64,000 nucleotides of DNA from Candidatus Levybacteria bacterium RIFCSPHIGHO2_01_FULL_40_16 (GCA_001783805.1 MFNS01000006.1:34095-98094), one strand, 5' to 3'. Shown: positions 8,665 through 17,127, counted from the stretch's first letter. Made by a program: numbers and translations. The notes: generated from the sequence alone by a model not told the origin.

Positions 8665-9187
8665 AAGCAAGTTTAAAACTCTGCCGAGCCCTGAAGAGGA
8701 GTGACTCTGTTGCCTTGAACGACAAATTAAATAGTGCGGCCAGCGTTTTTACGGACACATTTTCTTCATAATGTAGTCTTAATATTTTTTGATATTTGGC
8801 AGAGAGACTACGGAGAGCAAGTTCGATATTGTCGCGGATTTTATTTTTCTCAAATTGGAATTCCGGTTGATTAATTTCCGATGCAACAATTTGAAGGAAC
8901 GGAACTTGAGATAAGAGTATAGATTTAATTTTTTTCTTACGATAAAAATCAACCATTTTATTGTGGGCAATTCTGTAAAGCCATGCGGAAACATTTTGTT
9001 CCCTTTCAAGGAACGAAAGAGAATCAATTGCTTCCAGGAAAACATCGTTTGTGATCTCTTGCGCGTCTTCTCGCCGCGGGAGTTTCTTAGAGAGGTAAGC
9101 TAAAATCTTTGGTGAGTAAGTCTTGTAAAATTGAATTACCGCCTTGCTATCTCCGACTAAAATCCGCTTTATAAACGATGAGGACAT
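8642..9187 (-). CDS. ECF-type RNA polymerase sigma factor
   Basis: DAQEITNDVF, AWLYRIAHNKMVDFYRK, region 4 ESLLFRAR; start moved to ATG 9187. Confidence 0.92.
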   Translation of the reverse strand: MSSSFIKRILVGDSKAVIQFYKTYSPKILAYLSKKLPRREDAQEITNDVFLEAIDSLSFLEREQNVSAWLYRIAHNKMVDFYRKKKIKSILLSQVPFLQIVASEINQPEFQFEKNKIRDNIELALRSLSAKYQKILRLHYEENVSVKTLAALFNLSFKATESLLFRARQSFKLAYERAAIS

Positions 9188-9260
9188 AGGATAGATTATA
9201 AAGCTTTTCTTATAAAAATGCACTTTCGAATGATTTTGAGAGATTTTGCGACTAAATTAT

Positions 9261-9839
9261 ATGACTGAGCGATTAGATCGTGGTTTATCTTCTGTTTTTT
9301 CTGCGGAACAATCCTGCAGGGTCCGCTTTGTAGAACCGAATAACAATCTGGTGGTTCCGGACAGAACAATGCATAAATCAGAGCTGTCTGATAAATTTGA
9401 CGGGTTGGACATAGAATATCTCACTCAAATTAAACTAAGAGAATTGGGGTTTGCTCCTCAAAATGATAAAGAAAAGGAAATGCTCGAGTTTTTCCATAAT
9501 CCCTTAATTCACAGATATCCAGCAGGAGATTCGCCTGCGAGATACTTTATGGAAGTAATTATGGGAAACCATGCAATACTTGCTTCATATCTTCCTCCCA
9601 ATTCGATAACCTCTAATCACAAGCACTCAGATGAATATAAAATTTTAGAAGATTACCATATAACAGGAGGTGAACCTATTCTTAAATTGGATAGTGAAAT
9701 TCACGCATTAAAGAGCGGTATGTCCGTAGAGGTGCCTCTAAATACACCTCATCAGCTTAAAACAGGGGAAAAGCCTGCTTTTACCCTGATTATTATGAAA
9801 AATGCGGGCTTGGTGGATAGAAAAAACTGGCATAGGTAA
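9261..9839 (+). CDS. Cupin-domain protein
   Basis: SNHKH...EDYHITGG and G.SVEVPLNTPHQL cupin motifs. Confidence 0.75.
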   Translation: MTERLDRGLSSVFSAEQSCRVRFVEPNNNLVVPDRTMHKSELSDKFDGLDIEYLTQIKLRELGFAPQNDKEKEMLEFFHNPLIHRYPAGDSPARYFMEVIMGNHAILASYLPPNSITSNHKHSDEYKILEDYHITGGEPILKLDSEIHALKSGMSVEVPLNTPHQLKTGEKPAFTLIIMKNAGLVDRKNWHR

Positions 9840-9884
9840 CTTGCTTTGGAGTTAATCTTATAGTATAATTTATCTTCCTAAGCT

Positions 9885-10667
9885 ATGAAGAACATAACAT
9901 TAATTAAGCTGGGAGGATCGGTAATTACGGATAAGGACACTCCTTACAAGGCAAAGATAAGTGTGATAAGAAGATTAGCAAAGGAAATTAAGGGTTCAGG
10001 CATAACTTCTTTGGTTATTGCGCATGGGAGCGGGAGTTTTGGGCACACATCGGCAGTCAAGTATGGGGGCAAAAAGGGATATAAAAACAAATGGGGAATC
10101 GCTAAAGTTGCCAGAGATGCGATGGAGATTAATAGAATTGTGATGGATACCCTAATTGATGAAGGATTGCCGGCCGTTTCTTTAAGACCAATGAGTATGA
10201 TGATGACAAGTAAAGGCAGGATCAAAAAAAACTTATTTGAAATCATTGAAGAAGTTTTAAATCAAGGATTAATACCGGTTGTTTACGGAGACGTGATTTG
10301 GGATAAAGCATGGAAAAGCACTATCTATTCGGGGGAGACAACTTTAAATGAAATTGGAATATATTTATCTAAGAAAGGCTATAAGGTAAACAAAATTATT
10401 CAGGTGGGGCAAACGGATGGCGTTTATGATTTACAAAAGGAAACTATACCTTTGATAAACAAAAAGAATTGGGATAAAATTAAAAAATATCTTTTTGAAA
10501 ACAAAAGAGCTGATGTAACCGGCGGAATGCAGCACAAAATAGAAAACGCTTTAAAGATCGCAAAAATAGGAATAAATACGTTTTTGATAAACGGTAATAA
10601 AGCGAAGGAGTTATCAAACGCCATTTTGGGAAAATCGGTTAAGGGAACGATTATAAGAAAGAATTAA
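9885..10667 (+). CDS. Isopentenyl phosphate kinase (amino acid kinase superfamily)
   Basis: LIKLGGSVITDK, HGSGSFGH, PVVYGDV, YSGE, DVTGGM; lies between idi and uppS. Confidence 0.85.
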   Translation: MKNITLIKLGGSVITDKDTPYKAKISVIRRLAKEIKGSGITSLVIAHGSGSFGHTSAVKYGGKKGYKNKWGIAKVARDAMEINRIVMDTLIDEGLPAVSLRPMSMMMTSKGRIKKNLFEIIEEVLNQGLIPVVYGDVIWDKAWKSTIYSGETTLNEIGIYLSKKGYKVNKIIQVGQTDGVYDLQKETIPLINKKNWDKIKKYLFENKRADVTGGMQHKIENALKIAKIGINTFLINGNKAKELSNAILGKSVKGTIIRKN

Positions 10668-10686
10668 GTATTATGAATAAAGAAAT
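10659..10686 (+). repeat. Degenerate heptamer array spanning a stop/start junction
   Basis: AAGAATT AAGTATT ATGAATA AAGAAAT. Confidence 0.55.
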
Positions 10687-11353
10687 TATAGTTCCAGGCA
10701 ATGAAAAATTGTTCTCAGCAAGACAAACAATAGAGTCAGAGAAAAGGCCGAGTGCAGGAATAGCGATGGTGATCATTGGAATAGATCCAAATAAGAATGG
10801 GGAAAATATTAATAGTCCAGTTCTATGGACTAACATTGAAAAGAAGCCCAAGCTTGAAACAGATAGGCTTGCAGGGCAGATTTCTTTTCCCTCTGATACG
10901 CGAAAAATTGGAGAAGATAAACTTTCCAATATGTTAGGAACGCTACCAGAGTTCAGTGGAAACGATGGGTTAATAAGGAGTTTATCTTTTACGTCATCAT
11001 CTTATATAAATGAAGCAATTAAAATAAAAGAGAATCATTATGATCTGATGATAGTATTTTTGAATGGATTTCTGGCTACCCCAATTATCCCCCTGGATGG
11101 GAATGAGGTTAGTGCTAATGGTTGGATGCGATTAGAGGAATTACGTAAACTGCAAAAAGAAAATCCTTCCATGCTGAGAAGTTTTGTAGAGCAAATTATA
11201 GGCGGAGAGCTTATTGGTAAGGCGGTTGATGATTATTTTAGATTTCCGAAAGAGAGGATTCCTTTCTCTACTATTTTGCCACGTAATTTTTCTATAGCTA
11301 ATTTTTATAAAGTAAGAGAAAAATTGCCCGATGTGATTGGGCGCTCTCAATAA
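10673..11353 (+). CDS. Hypothetical protein, possibly degenerate Nudix-like fold
   Basis: 226-aa ORF; AGQISFPSDTRKIGE resembles the start of a Nudix box but REXXEE is absent. Confidence 0.6.
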   Translation: MNKEIIVPGNEKLFSARQTIESEKRPSAGIAMVIIGIDPNKNGENINSPVLWTNIEKKPKLETDRLAGQISFPSDTRKIGEDKLSNMLGTLPEFSGNDGLIRSLSFTSSSYINEAIKIKENHYDLMIVFLNGFLATPIIPLDGNEVSANGWMRLEELRKLQKENPSMLRSFVEQIIGGELIGKAVDDYFRFPKERIPFSTILPRNFSIANFYKVREKLPDVIGRSQ

Positions 11354-12046
11354 TCATTTTCCGAACCTTCTTTGGCGGCGGGAATATTCTTCAATGGCGT
11401 TTTCAATATCTTTATCATTAACGTCCGGGAAATGTTTTTGGAGGAAAATGTATTCTGCATAAGCCGCCTGCCAAATCATTAGTCCCGAAGTTCTTTGTTC
11501 TCCGGATGTCCTAATAATTAAATCCGGATTGGGATAGGGTTGATTTGCAGTGTCCAAATAATTGTTAAATTGCTCAATTGTTAAATTGTTAATATTCTGT
11601 CGAGATATTTTTTTAATTCCGCGAATCACTTCATCTTGTCCGCCGTAGTCAAGGGCGATATTTAAAATATAATTTTTAAAATTTTTTGTTTTTTCTTCGG
11701 AATCTTGAATTTTCTCCAGTAATTTTTTTGAAATCCTGTCTTTTCTTCCCAAATGAATTATTCTGATTTTTTCTTTTAACGCTTGTTTAAGATTCCTCTC
11801 AATAAATGTTTCGTACATTTTCATTAAATACGCAACTTCTTCTTTACTCCTATTCCAATTTTCCGTAGAAAATGCCCACATAGTCATAGTGTGAACACCA
11901 AGGGAACGGATTTTTTTCCCGATTTTTACCGCAACATCAAAACCTTTCCTATGTCCTTCAAAACTCGGAAGTCCATGCTCTTTCGCCCAGCGCCTGTTCC
12001 CGTCGGGGATGATAGCAACATGATTTGGGATAGTTGAAACTGCCAT
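11354..12046 (-). CDS. uppS: Undecaprenyl/polyprenyl diphosphate synthase
   Basis: PNHVAIIPDGNRRWA, AFSTENWNRS, PDLIIRTSGEQRTSG; start moved to 12046. Confidence 0.96.
   Translation of the reverse strand: MAVSTIPNHVAIIPDGNRRWAKEHGLPSFEGHRKGFDVAVKIGKKIRSLGVHTMTMWAFSTENWNRSKEEVAYLMKMYETFIERNLKQALKEKIRIIHLGRKDRISKKLLEKIQDSEEKTKNFKNYILNIALDYGGQDEVIRGIKKISRQNINNLTIEQFNNYLDTANQPYPNPDLIIRTSGEQRTSGLMIWQAAYAEYIFLQKHFPDVNDKDIENAIEEYSRRQRRFGK
11560..11591. repeat. Octamer array in uppS
   Basis: AATTGTTA AATTGCTC AATTGTTA AATTGTTA. Confidence 0.8.
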
Positions 12047-12081
12047 TTGCACATTATACCATCGGATGTTATAATACCAAA
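12047..12081. promoter_or_regulatory. Back-to-back extended -10 promoters for uppS and the SurA-like gene (leaderless)
   Basis: TGgTATAAT-6nt-ATG on minus strand and TGtTATAAT-6nt-ATG on plus strand. Confidence 0.7.
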
Positions 12082-12759
12082 ATGCCAGTAAAGAAAAGTC
12101 AAAGGTCAAAGGTCAAAAATCAAAAGTTATCAGCAGTAATCGCGGTGCCGAAAGCAATTAACACCTCCATTAAAGATAAATTGAAACAACCGAAAAACTT
12201 TATTCCATTAATAATTATTGCGTTAATAATTATTGCATTTTCATTGAAAGGATTATTTGTTGTAGCTTTGGTCAACGGAGAGCCGATTGCAAGAATCGCT
12301 GTTGTCTCCGAATTGGAAAAACAGGGAGGAAAACAAGCTCTTTCATCTTTGGTAAATCAAACTCTTATTTTACAGGAAGCAAGGAAGAAGAATATTCAAG
12401 TTAGCCAAGCGGAAATTGATGCGGCAGCAAAGCAAATCGAAGACAGTCTTAAAAGCCAGGGGCAAAATTTGGATACGGCGTTAGCGATGCAGGGAATGAC
12501 CAGAAAAGATTTATCAACGCAATTAAAATTAAGAAGTCTGGTTGAAAAATTGCTTACAGATAAAGTCAAAGTTACAGACAAAGAAGTTGCGGATTACATT
12601 GAAAAAAACAAAGACACTTTCCCGGCTGAAATGAAGGAAGAAGAAATCAAAAAAAGCGTCACGGAGCAATTAAAACAGCAAAAGTTGGGCAGTGCATCTC
12701 AAGTTTGGCTGGCGGAACTTAACAAAAACGCCAAGATCAACTACTTCGTTAACTACTAG
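12082..12759 (+). CDS. SurA N-terminal domain / PrsA-like foldase
   Basis: TM segment then VALVNGEPI, LILQEARKK.I.VS..EID, L..AKI; start moved to ATG 12082. Confidence 0.8.
   Translation: MPVKKSQRSKVKNQKLSAVIAVPKAINTSIKDKLKQPKNFIPLIIIALIIIAFSLKGLFVVALVNGEPIARIAVVSELEKQGGKQALSSLVNQTLILQEARKKNIQVSQAEIDAAAKQIEDSLKSQGQNLDTALAMQGMTRKDLSTQLKLRSLVEKLLTDKVKVTDKEVADYIEKNKDTFPAEMKEEEIKKSVTEQLKQQKLGSASQVWLAELNKNAKINYFVNY
12094..12128 (+). repeat. Heptamer array at 5' end of SurA-like gene
   Basis: AAAAGTC AAAGGTC AAAGGTC AAAAATC AAAAGTT. Confidence 0.88.
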
Positions 12760-12765
12760 AATTAA

Positions 12766-13017
12766 ATGAGTCAAAAACTTGTAGAAAGAATCGGCTGGGC
12801 AGCCTCCGCAATAGCGATTCTCATGTGGTTTTCCTTTATTGATCAAATCCGCTTAAATCTATCCGGACAAAAAGGTTCGCTACTAATCCCAATAGTGGTT
12901 ACGATAAACTGTATTTTGTGGACAATGTTTGGATTGGGGAAGAAAAACTGGCAGATAATTTCAGCTAATGTGCCGGGAATATTTCTCGGCGTCCTCACCG
13001 CGCTCACCGCGCTATAA
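12766..13017 (+). CDS. SemiSWEET-family sugar transporter
   Basis: 83 aa, 3 TM; DQI..NL.G.KGS, NCILW..FG, W.IISANVPG. Confidence 0.8.
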   Translation: MSQKLVERIGWAASAIAILMWFSFIDQIRLNLSGQKGSLLIPIVVTINCILWTMFGLGKKNWQIISANVPGIFLGVLTALTAL

Positions 13018-13384
13018 TTTTTTGGCAGTTTTTACTTCCACAATTACATTTAAAATTAACAAACGCTCCGATTTTCGCATAGTCCGAAGTTACCTCTTCT
13101 CCTTTGCGAATATTTTTTAAAGCAATATCGCAATTATTTTTTACATAGGTATTTGGATCGCAAGAATGATTGACGTATCTTTCCGGAGGTTGCATTAAAA
13201 GGTATTTATTACTGTTTATTTTCTGGATATAATGTTTTTCTGTCTTCGGTAGCTTATCTATTTCGGATCTTACAATAATTTTCGGATTCCATTTAAGAGC
13301 AATCTCACCTTTTTTAAAATCTTTTACAGCAAATACGCCCTTTTTATTAATTTTTGATTTTTTAACGAGAATATGATTGCTCAT
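13004..13384 (-). CDS. SET domain protein
   Basis: GVFA.KD.KKGE, YVNHSCDPN, IRKGEEVTSDY, post-SET CNCGSKNC. Confidence 0.92.
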   Translation of the reverse strand: MSNHILVKKSKINKKGVFAVKDFKKGEIALKWNPKIIVRSEIDKLPKTEKHYIQKINSNKYLLMQPPERYVNHSCDPNTYVKNNCDIALKNIRKGEEVTSDYAKIGAFVNFKCNCGSKNCQKIIAR

Positions 13385-13409
13385 TAATAATATACTTGTT
13401 CAAAAAGTG

Positions 13410-13480
13410 TCGGGATGCAGGGAATTGAACCCTGGCTACCGCACCCCCAGCGCGGCGTACTACCGTTATACGACATCCCG
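13410..13480 (-). tRNA. tRNA-Pro(GGG), CCA not encoded
   Basis: Acceptor CGGGATG/CATCCCG, anticodon arm CCGCG-CTGGGGG-TGCGG, T-loop GGTTCAATTCC. Confidence 0.95.
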
Positions 13481-13528
13481 TTCTTGCTTTGCAATTTGTC
13501 TTTAGTTCTTTGTCTTTAGCCTTTGGTT
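13481..13528 (-). repeat. Heptamer array downstream of and overlapping the four-helix-bundle gene
   Basis: Minus strand CCAAAGG CTAAAGA CAAAGAA CTAAAGA CAAATTG CAAAGCA. Confidence 0.8.
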
Positions 13529-13867
13529 GGATAAAGATTTTATCAAAGCATTTAATTCTTTTCCAACTATTTCACATTTTTCTAATGCAGTTCTTATGTC
13601 AATTTTGAATAATTTCTCAGCGATTTTTAATCCCGCAACAGTCTCGTATAGCGATTTTAAAGCTATCCTTAAGAAACTTTTGAATTCAATATCTCCTAAT
13701 GCTCCTGTTCCTTCTGCTATGTTTAAAACGATAGATGTTGTAGATCTTTTTAGTTGATTTATTAAAGCAAATTTTTCTTCAATAGGTAAATTTTCTGTAA
13801 GTCTGTATACTTCTTCGACTAAGATTAAAGCATTATGATAAACCCTCAGTTTTTCAAATCTATACAT
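13502..13867 (-). CDS. Four helix bundle protein (23S rRNA IVP / Avd-like family)
   Basis: FEKLRVY, LP.EEKFAL.NQLKRSTTSIVLNIAEG, EF..FL.IA..SL.E, LNALIKSL. Confidence 0.93.
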   Translation of the reverse strand: MYRFEKLRVYHNALILVEEVYRLTENLPIEEKFALINQLKRSTTSIVLNIAEGTGALGDIEFKSFLRIALKSLYETVAGLKIAEKLFKIDIRTALEKCEIVGKELNALIKSLSNQRLKTKN

Positions 13868-13868
13868 T

Positions 13869-13927
13869 GTTGATCTTTGGTCGTTAGTCTTTGGACGATA
13901 ACCTAAAGACTAATTGCTAACGACTAA
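13869..13927. repeat. Paired inverted heptamer arms upstream of the four-helix-bundle gene
   Basis: TCTTTGG TCGTTAG TCTTTGG facing CTAAAGA CTAATTG CTAACGA CTAA. Confidence 0.85.
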
Positions 13928-13985
13928 TTTTGATCTATTGTATTTTAACATAAATATACTACAATAATTATGCTTTTTTAGTTAG

Positions 13986-14020
13986 CTAAAGACTAATTGC
14001 TAACAACTAAAGACTAATTA
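13986..14020 (+). repeat. Heptamer array running into the recA start codon
   Basis: CTAAAGA CTAATTG CTAACAA CTAAAGA CTAATTA; 24/25 identical to 13903-13927. Confidence 0.88.
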
Positions 14021-15090
14021 TGGGCAGGACTCCGGCATCTCAAAAATCTATTCCCAATAGTCACACGGAAGCCTCCGGCAAACTCGCTGCAGTGAATCTG
14101 GCCATGGAGCAAATCGAGAAACAATATGGTCGTGGTTCGATCATGCGCTTTGGCGAAGTCGGTCAAAAGTTCGACATCTCGGTTATCTCCACAGGCTGTC
14201 TTCCCCTGGATCTGGCGCTTGGAGTAGGCGGAGTGCCAAGGGGCAGAATCATCGAAATCTACGGTCCGGAAGCCTCGGGAAAAACCACGATTTGCCTTTC
14301 CATTATTGCGCAAGCGCAAAAGCATGGAGGTGTCGCAGCCTTTATTGATGCGGAGCACGCGCTTGATCCCTTGTGGGCAGAAAAATTAGGAGTAAAACTT
14401 GATAATCTTTTGATTTCTCAACCGGATACCGGTGAGCAGGCTTTGGAAATTGCAGAAAGTTTAATTAGGAGTGGCGGAGTTGATGTTTTGGTAATCGATT
14501 CGGTTGCTGCTCTAGTTCCCAGAGCGGAAATTGAAGGGGAAATGGGAGACTCAATGATGGGGCTTCAGGCGCGTCTCATGTCCCAAGCTCTTAGAAAATT
14601 AACCGGTGTTATTTCCAAATCAAAAACAGTTTGTATATTTACAAACCAATTGCGTCAAAAAATCGGAATAATGTTTGGCAATCCCGAAACTACCACCGGA
14701 GGTTTGGCTCTCAAATTCTATGCCACAATGAGAATGGATGTTCGGAAAATTGAAACCTTAAAAGACGGCGATCGAGCAATTGGGTCCCGTCATCGGGTAA
14801 AAGTGGTAAAGAATAAGGTCTCGGCTCCATTTAGAATTGCAGAGTTTGATGTAATGTCGGACGGGATTTCCAGAGAGGGTGGGATCGTGGATGTCGGAGT
14901 GGAAATGAACGTAATTGAAAAATCCGGAGCGTTTTATAAATATGGAGATTTGATGTTGGGACAAGGAAAAGAAGCGACAAAGATATTTCTTAAAGAAAAG
15001 CCTGATGTCTCCAAAAAAATCGTTGACGAGATTTTAAAAATAAATAAATCCGGCGGCACCCCAGTCGAAGTCGGCGTAGAAGAAAAATAA
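14020..15090 (+). CDS. recA: Recombinase A
   Basis: [53 protein letters not shown]. Confidence 0.99.
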   Translation: MGRTPASQKSIPNSHTEASGKLAAVNLAMEQIEKQYGRGSIMRFGEVGQKFDISVISTGCLPLDLALGVGGVPRGRIIEIYGPEASGKTTICLSIIAQAQKHGGVAAFIDAEHALDPLWAEKLGVKLDNLLISQPDTGEQALEIAESLIRSGGVDVLVIDSVAALVPRAEIEGEMGDSMMGLQARLMSQALRKLTGVISKSKTVCIFTNQLRQKIGIMFGNPETTTGGLALKFYATMRMDVRKIETLKDGDRAIGSRHRVKVVKNKVSAPFRIAEFDVMSDGISREGGIVDVGVEMNVIEKSGAFYKYGDLMLGQGKEATKIFLKEKPDVSKKIVDEILKINKSGGTPVEVGVEEK

Positions 15091-15099
15091 CCTCCACAA

Positions 15100-15588
15100 A
15101 TGGATAATTTTGAAAAATTTTACAATAAGGCACTGGAGTTCTTGTCTTATCGTCCACGGTCGGAGAAAGAAGTGAGAGACCGTTTGAAGCTCAAAACTCA
15201 AAAGTCAAAGCTCAAAAGTTCAACTCAAAACTCAAAATTAATTGATAGTATTGTTGAAAAACTTAAGGAAAAGAAGTTTATTGATGATGAAGGGTTTGCT
15301 AAGGGATGGGTTGAAAGCAGGTTAAGATTTAAGCCGCGAAGTTTACGTTTAATACAATTGGAATTAAAACAGAAAGGCATAGATCAAGAAATAATTAACA
15401 ATTTACAGTTAACAGATGACAGCGATTTGAAATCCGCAAAACAGCTTGTTGGAAAGAGGATTGAGAGACTGAAGGGCTTACCAAGGCAAAAAATCTATGA
15501 AAAATTGGGTAGATATTTGGCTTCAAAAGGATTTAACTGGGATACGATCAAAAAGAGTATTGACGAGATATTGGACAAAGGAGTATAA
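15100..15588 (+). CDS. recX: Regulatory protein RecX with repeat-derived insertions
   Basis: AL.FLSYRPRSEKEV, FIDD..FA, ELKQKGI, YLASKGF; follows recA. Confidence 0.92.
   Translation: MDNFEKFYNKALEFLSYRPRSEKEVRDRLKLKTQKSKLKSSTQNSKLIDSIVEKLKEKKFIDDEGFAKGWVESRLRFKPRSLRLIQLELKQKGIDQEIINNLQLTDDSDLKSAKQLVGKRIERLKGLPRQKIYEKLGRYLASKGFNWDTIKKSIDEILDKGV
15191..15238 (+). repeat. Heptamer array in recX
   Basis: TCAAAAC TCAAAAG TCAAAGC TCAAAAG TTCAAC TCAAAAC TCAAAAT. Confidence 0.9.
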
Positions 15589-15589
15589 T
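15560..15589 (+). promoter_or_regulatory. Sigma70 promoter upstream of rny
   Basis: TTGACG-18nt-TATAAT. Confidence 0.7.
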
Positions 15590-15597
15590 AGTCTAAC

Positions 15598-15691
15598 GTA
15601 GACAAGAGGTTAATCTATGAAGAAAAGTATTCTTATTCCCTCTTTCAGGGTGTAAATCTCCTTTTAAGGTAGATTATCTTCTCGCGTCTAT
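15598..15691 (+). ncRNA. Candidate rod-like structured RNA (rny leader or 6S-like)
   Basis: Nested pairings GTAGAC/GTCTAT, AGAGG/CTTCT, TAATCTA/TAGATTA, CCCT/AGGG. Confidence 0.45.
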
Positions 15692-15699
15692 GGATTATT

Positions 15700-16965
15700 A
15701 TGAATCAAACACAGGATTTGCTCGGACTTGAAAAAAAACTTCTTGAAAGAGAAGAAAAGCTCGATTCGGAAAAAGAACGGCTTGAAAAAGAAAAAGAAGA
15801 GCTTAATAAGAAGCAAGAAGAATATTCCGCAAAACTCCAAAAAGTTTCCGGCCTAACTGCCGAAGAAGCAAAAAAACAACTTCTCAAAGAAACTGAAACA
15901 AAAGAAACACAGGCAATTGCCAGAATTATCAAGGAGAAAGAAGAAGATGCCAAAAGAACCGCTGCCAAAAAATCCCAGGAAATTTTGTTGGACAGCATGA
16001 AACATGGGGCGTTGGATTTTATTGCAGAATATACTGTCTCAACAGTTAAGGTAGATGATGAGGAAATAAAAGGAAGAATTATCGGCAAGGAGGGGCGCAA
16101 TATTCGGGCTTTTGAACAAGCAACGGGGGTAGATGTTGATCTGGATGAAGAAGGAATAATCCGGCTTTCCTGCTTTGATTCCGTCCGGCGCGAAACTGCC
16201 AAGAGGGCACTTGAGAAACTTCTCAAAGATACCAGAATCCAGCCATTCAGAATAGAGGAAATTGTTAATCAGACCAAGCAAGAGTTGGAAAAAGTTATGC
16301 TTGAGGAAGGCGAAAAAATTGCCCATGAAGTTGGGGTTTTCAATTTGCCGGTAGAGCTCCTGTCTATTTTGGGACGTTTCAGATTCAGAACTTCATATGG
16401 GCAGAATCTGATTGTTCATACGCTGGAGGAAACAAAAATCGGAATCCATATTGCCTCGGAAATCGGCGCAGATGTAAATATCGTCAGGCTTGGCTGTCTT
16501 TTCCATGACGTCGGTAAAGTAGTTGAGGGAGAAGGAAGTCATGTTAAGCTTGGAGTAGATCTTTTGAAAAAATTCAATATTCCGGAAAAAATTGTTAATT
16601 GTGTTGCCGAACATCATGAAGATAAACCCTTCTCATCTATGGAATCAGTAATAGTTTCTATCGCAGACTCGATTTCCGGAGCACGTCCGGGAGCGCGGTT
16701 TGAAGATATTGAAGGATATGCAAAAAGATTGAGGGATATGGAAGAAATTGCTAAAAAATATGAGGGCGTGGATGACGCATATGCTTTTGAGGCGGGTCGG
16801 GAACTGCGGGTGATCATCAATCCGGGAAGACTCGACGATGCTCAAACGACAATTACCGCAAATAAGATTAGAGAAGAAGTCAGTAGTGCTCTGGCAGTTC
16901 CGGGAGAAGTTAAAGTAACTGCAATCCGCGAATTCCGCGCCGTCTCTTCAGAATCTTCGGTTTAA
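15700..16965 (+). CDS. rny: Ribonuclease Y (no N-terminal TM segment visible)
   Basis: Coiled coil, KH KGRIIGKEGRNIR, FRTSYGQN, HD motif FHDVGK, ADSISGARPGAR. Confidence 0.96.
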   Translation: MNQTQDLLGLEKKLLEREEKLDSEKERLEKEKEELNKKQEEYSAKLQKVSGLTAEEAKKQLLKETETKETQAIARIIKEKEEDAKRTAAKKSQEILLDSMKHGALDFIAEYTVSTVKVDDEEIKGRIIGKEGRNIRAFEQATGVDVDLDEEGIIRLSCFDSVRRETAKRALEKLLKDTRIQPFRIEEIVNQTKQELEKVMLEEGEKIAHEVGVFNLPVELLSILGRFRFRTSYGQNLIVHTLEETKIGIHIASEIGADVNIVRLGCLFHDVGKVVEGEGSHVKLGVDLLKKFNIPEKIVNCVAEHHEDKPFSSMESVIVSIADSISGARPGARFEDIEGYAKRLRDMEEIAKKYEGVDDAYAFEAGRELRVIINPGRLDDAQTTITANKIREEVSSALAVPGEVKVTAIREFRAVSSESSV

Positions 16966-16973
16966 GTCTTCAA

Positions 16974-17040
16974 TAAATCCTGCACTTTTTTGAGCATTTA
17001 ATTATTTTACGTTTACATTTTTTCTAAAGTGCAGGATAAA
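16974..17040. repeat. TAAATCC-NGCAC palindrome family, long-loop copy
   Basis: ATCCTGCACTTT ... AAAGTGCAGGAT 12-bp inverted repeat. Confidence 0.75.
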
Positions 17041-17127
17041 AAATTTGATATCTTGACTTATTGTTGAATACATTGTATTTTTAAGCTAAACATAGAAAAT
17101 TTTTGCCCGGATTGGTGGTGAATTAAT

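Noticed and set aside
13410-13480. tRNA-Pro as integration site of an island
   Set aside because: No integrase and no duplicated tRNA 3' end noticed
13502-13867. Diversity-generating retroelement (Avd-like gene)
   Set aside because: No reverse transcriptase and no TR/VR pair with adenine-specific mismatches was seen in the window
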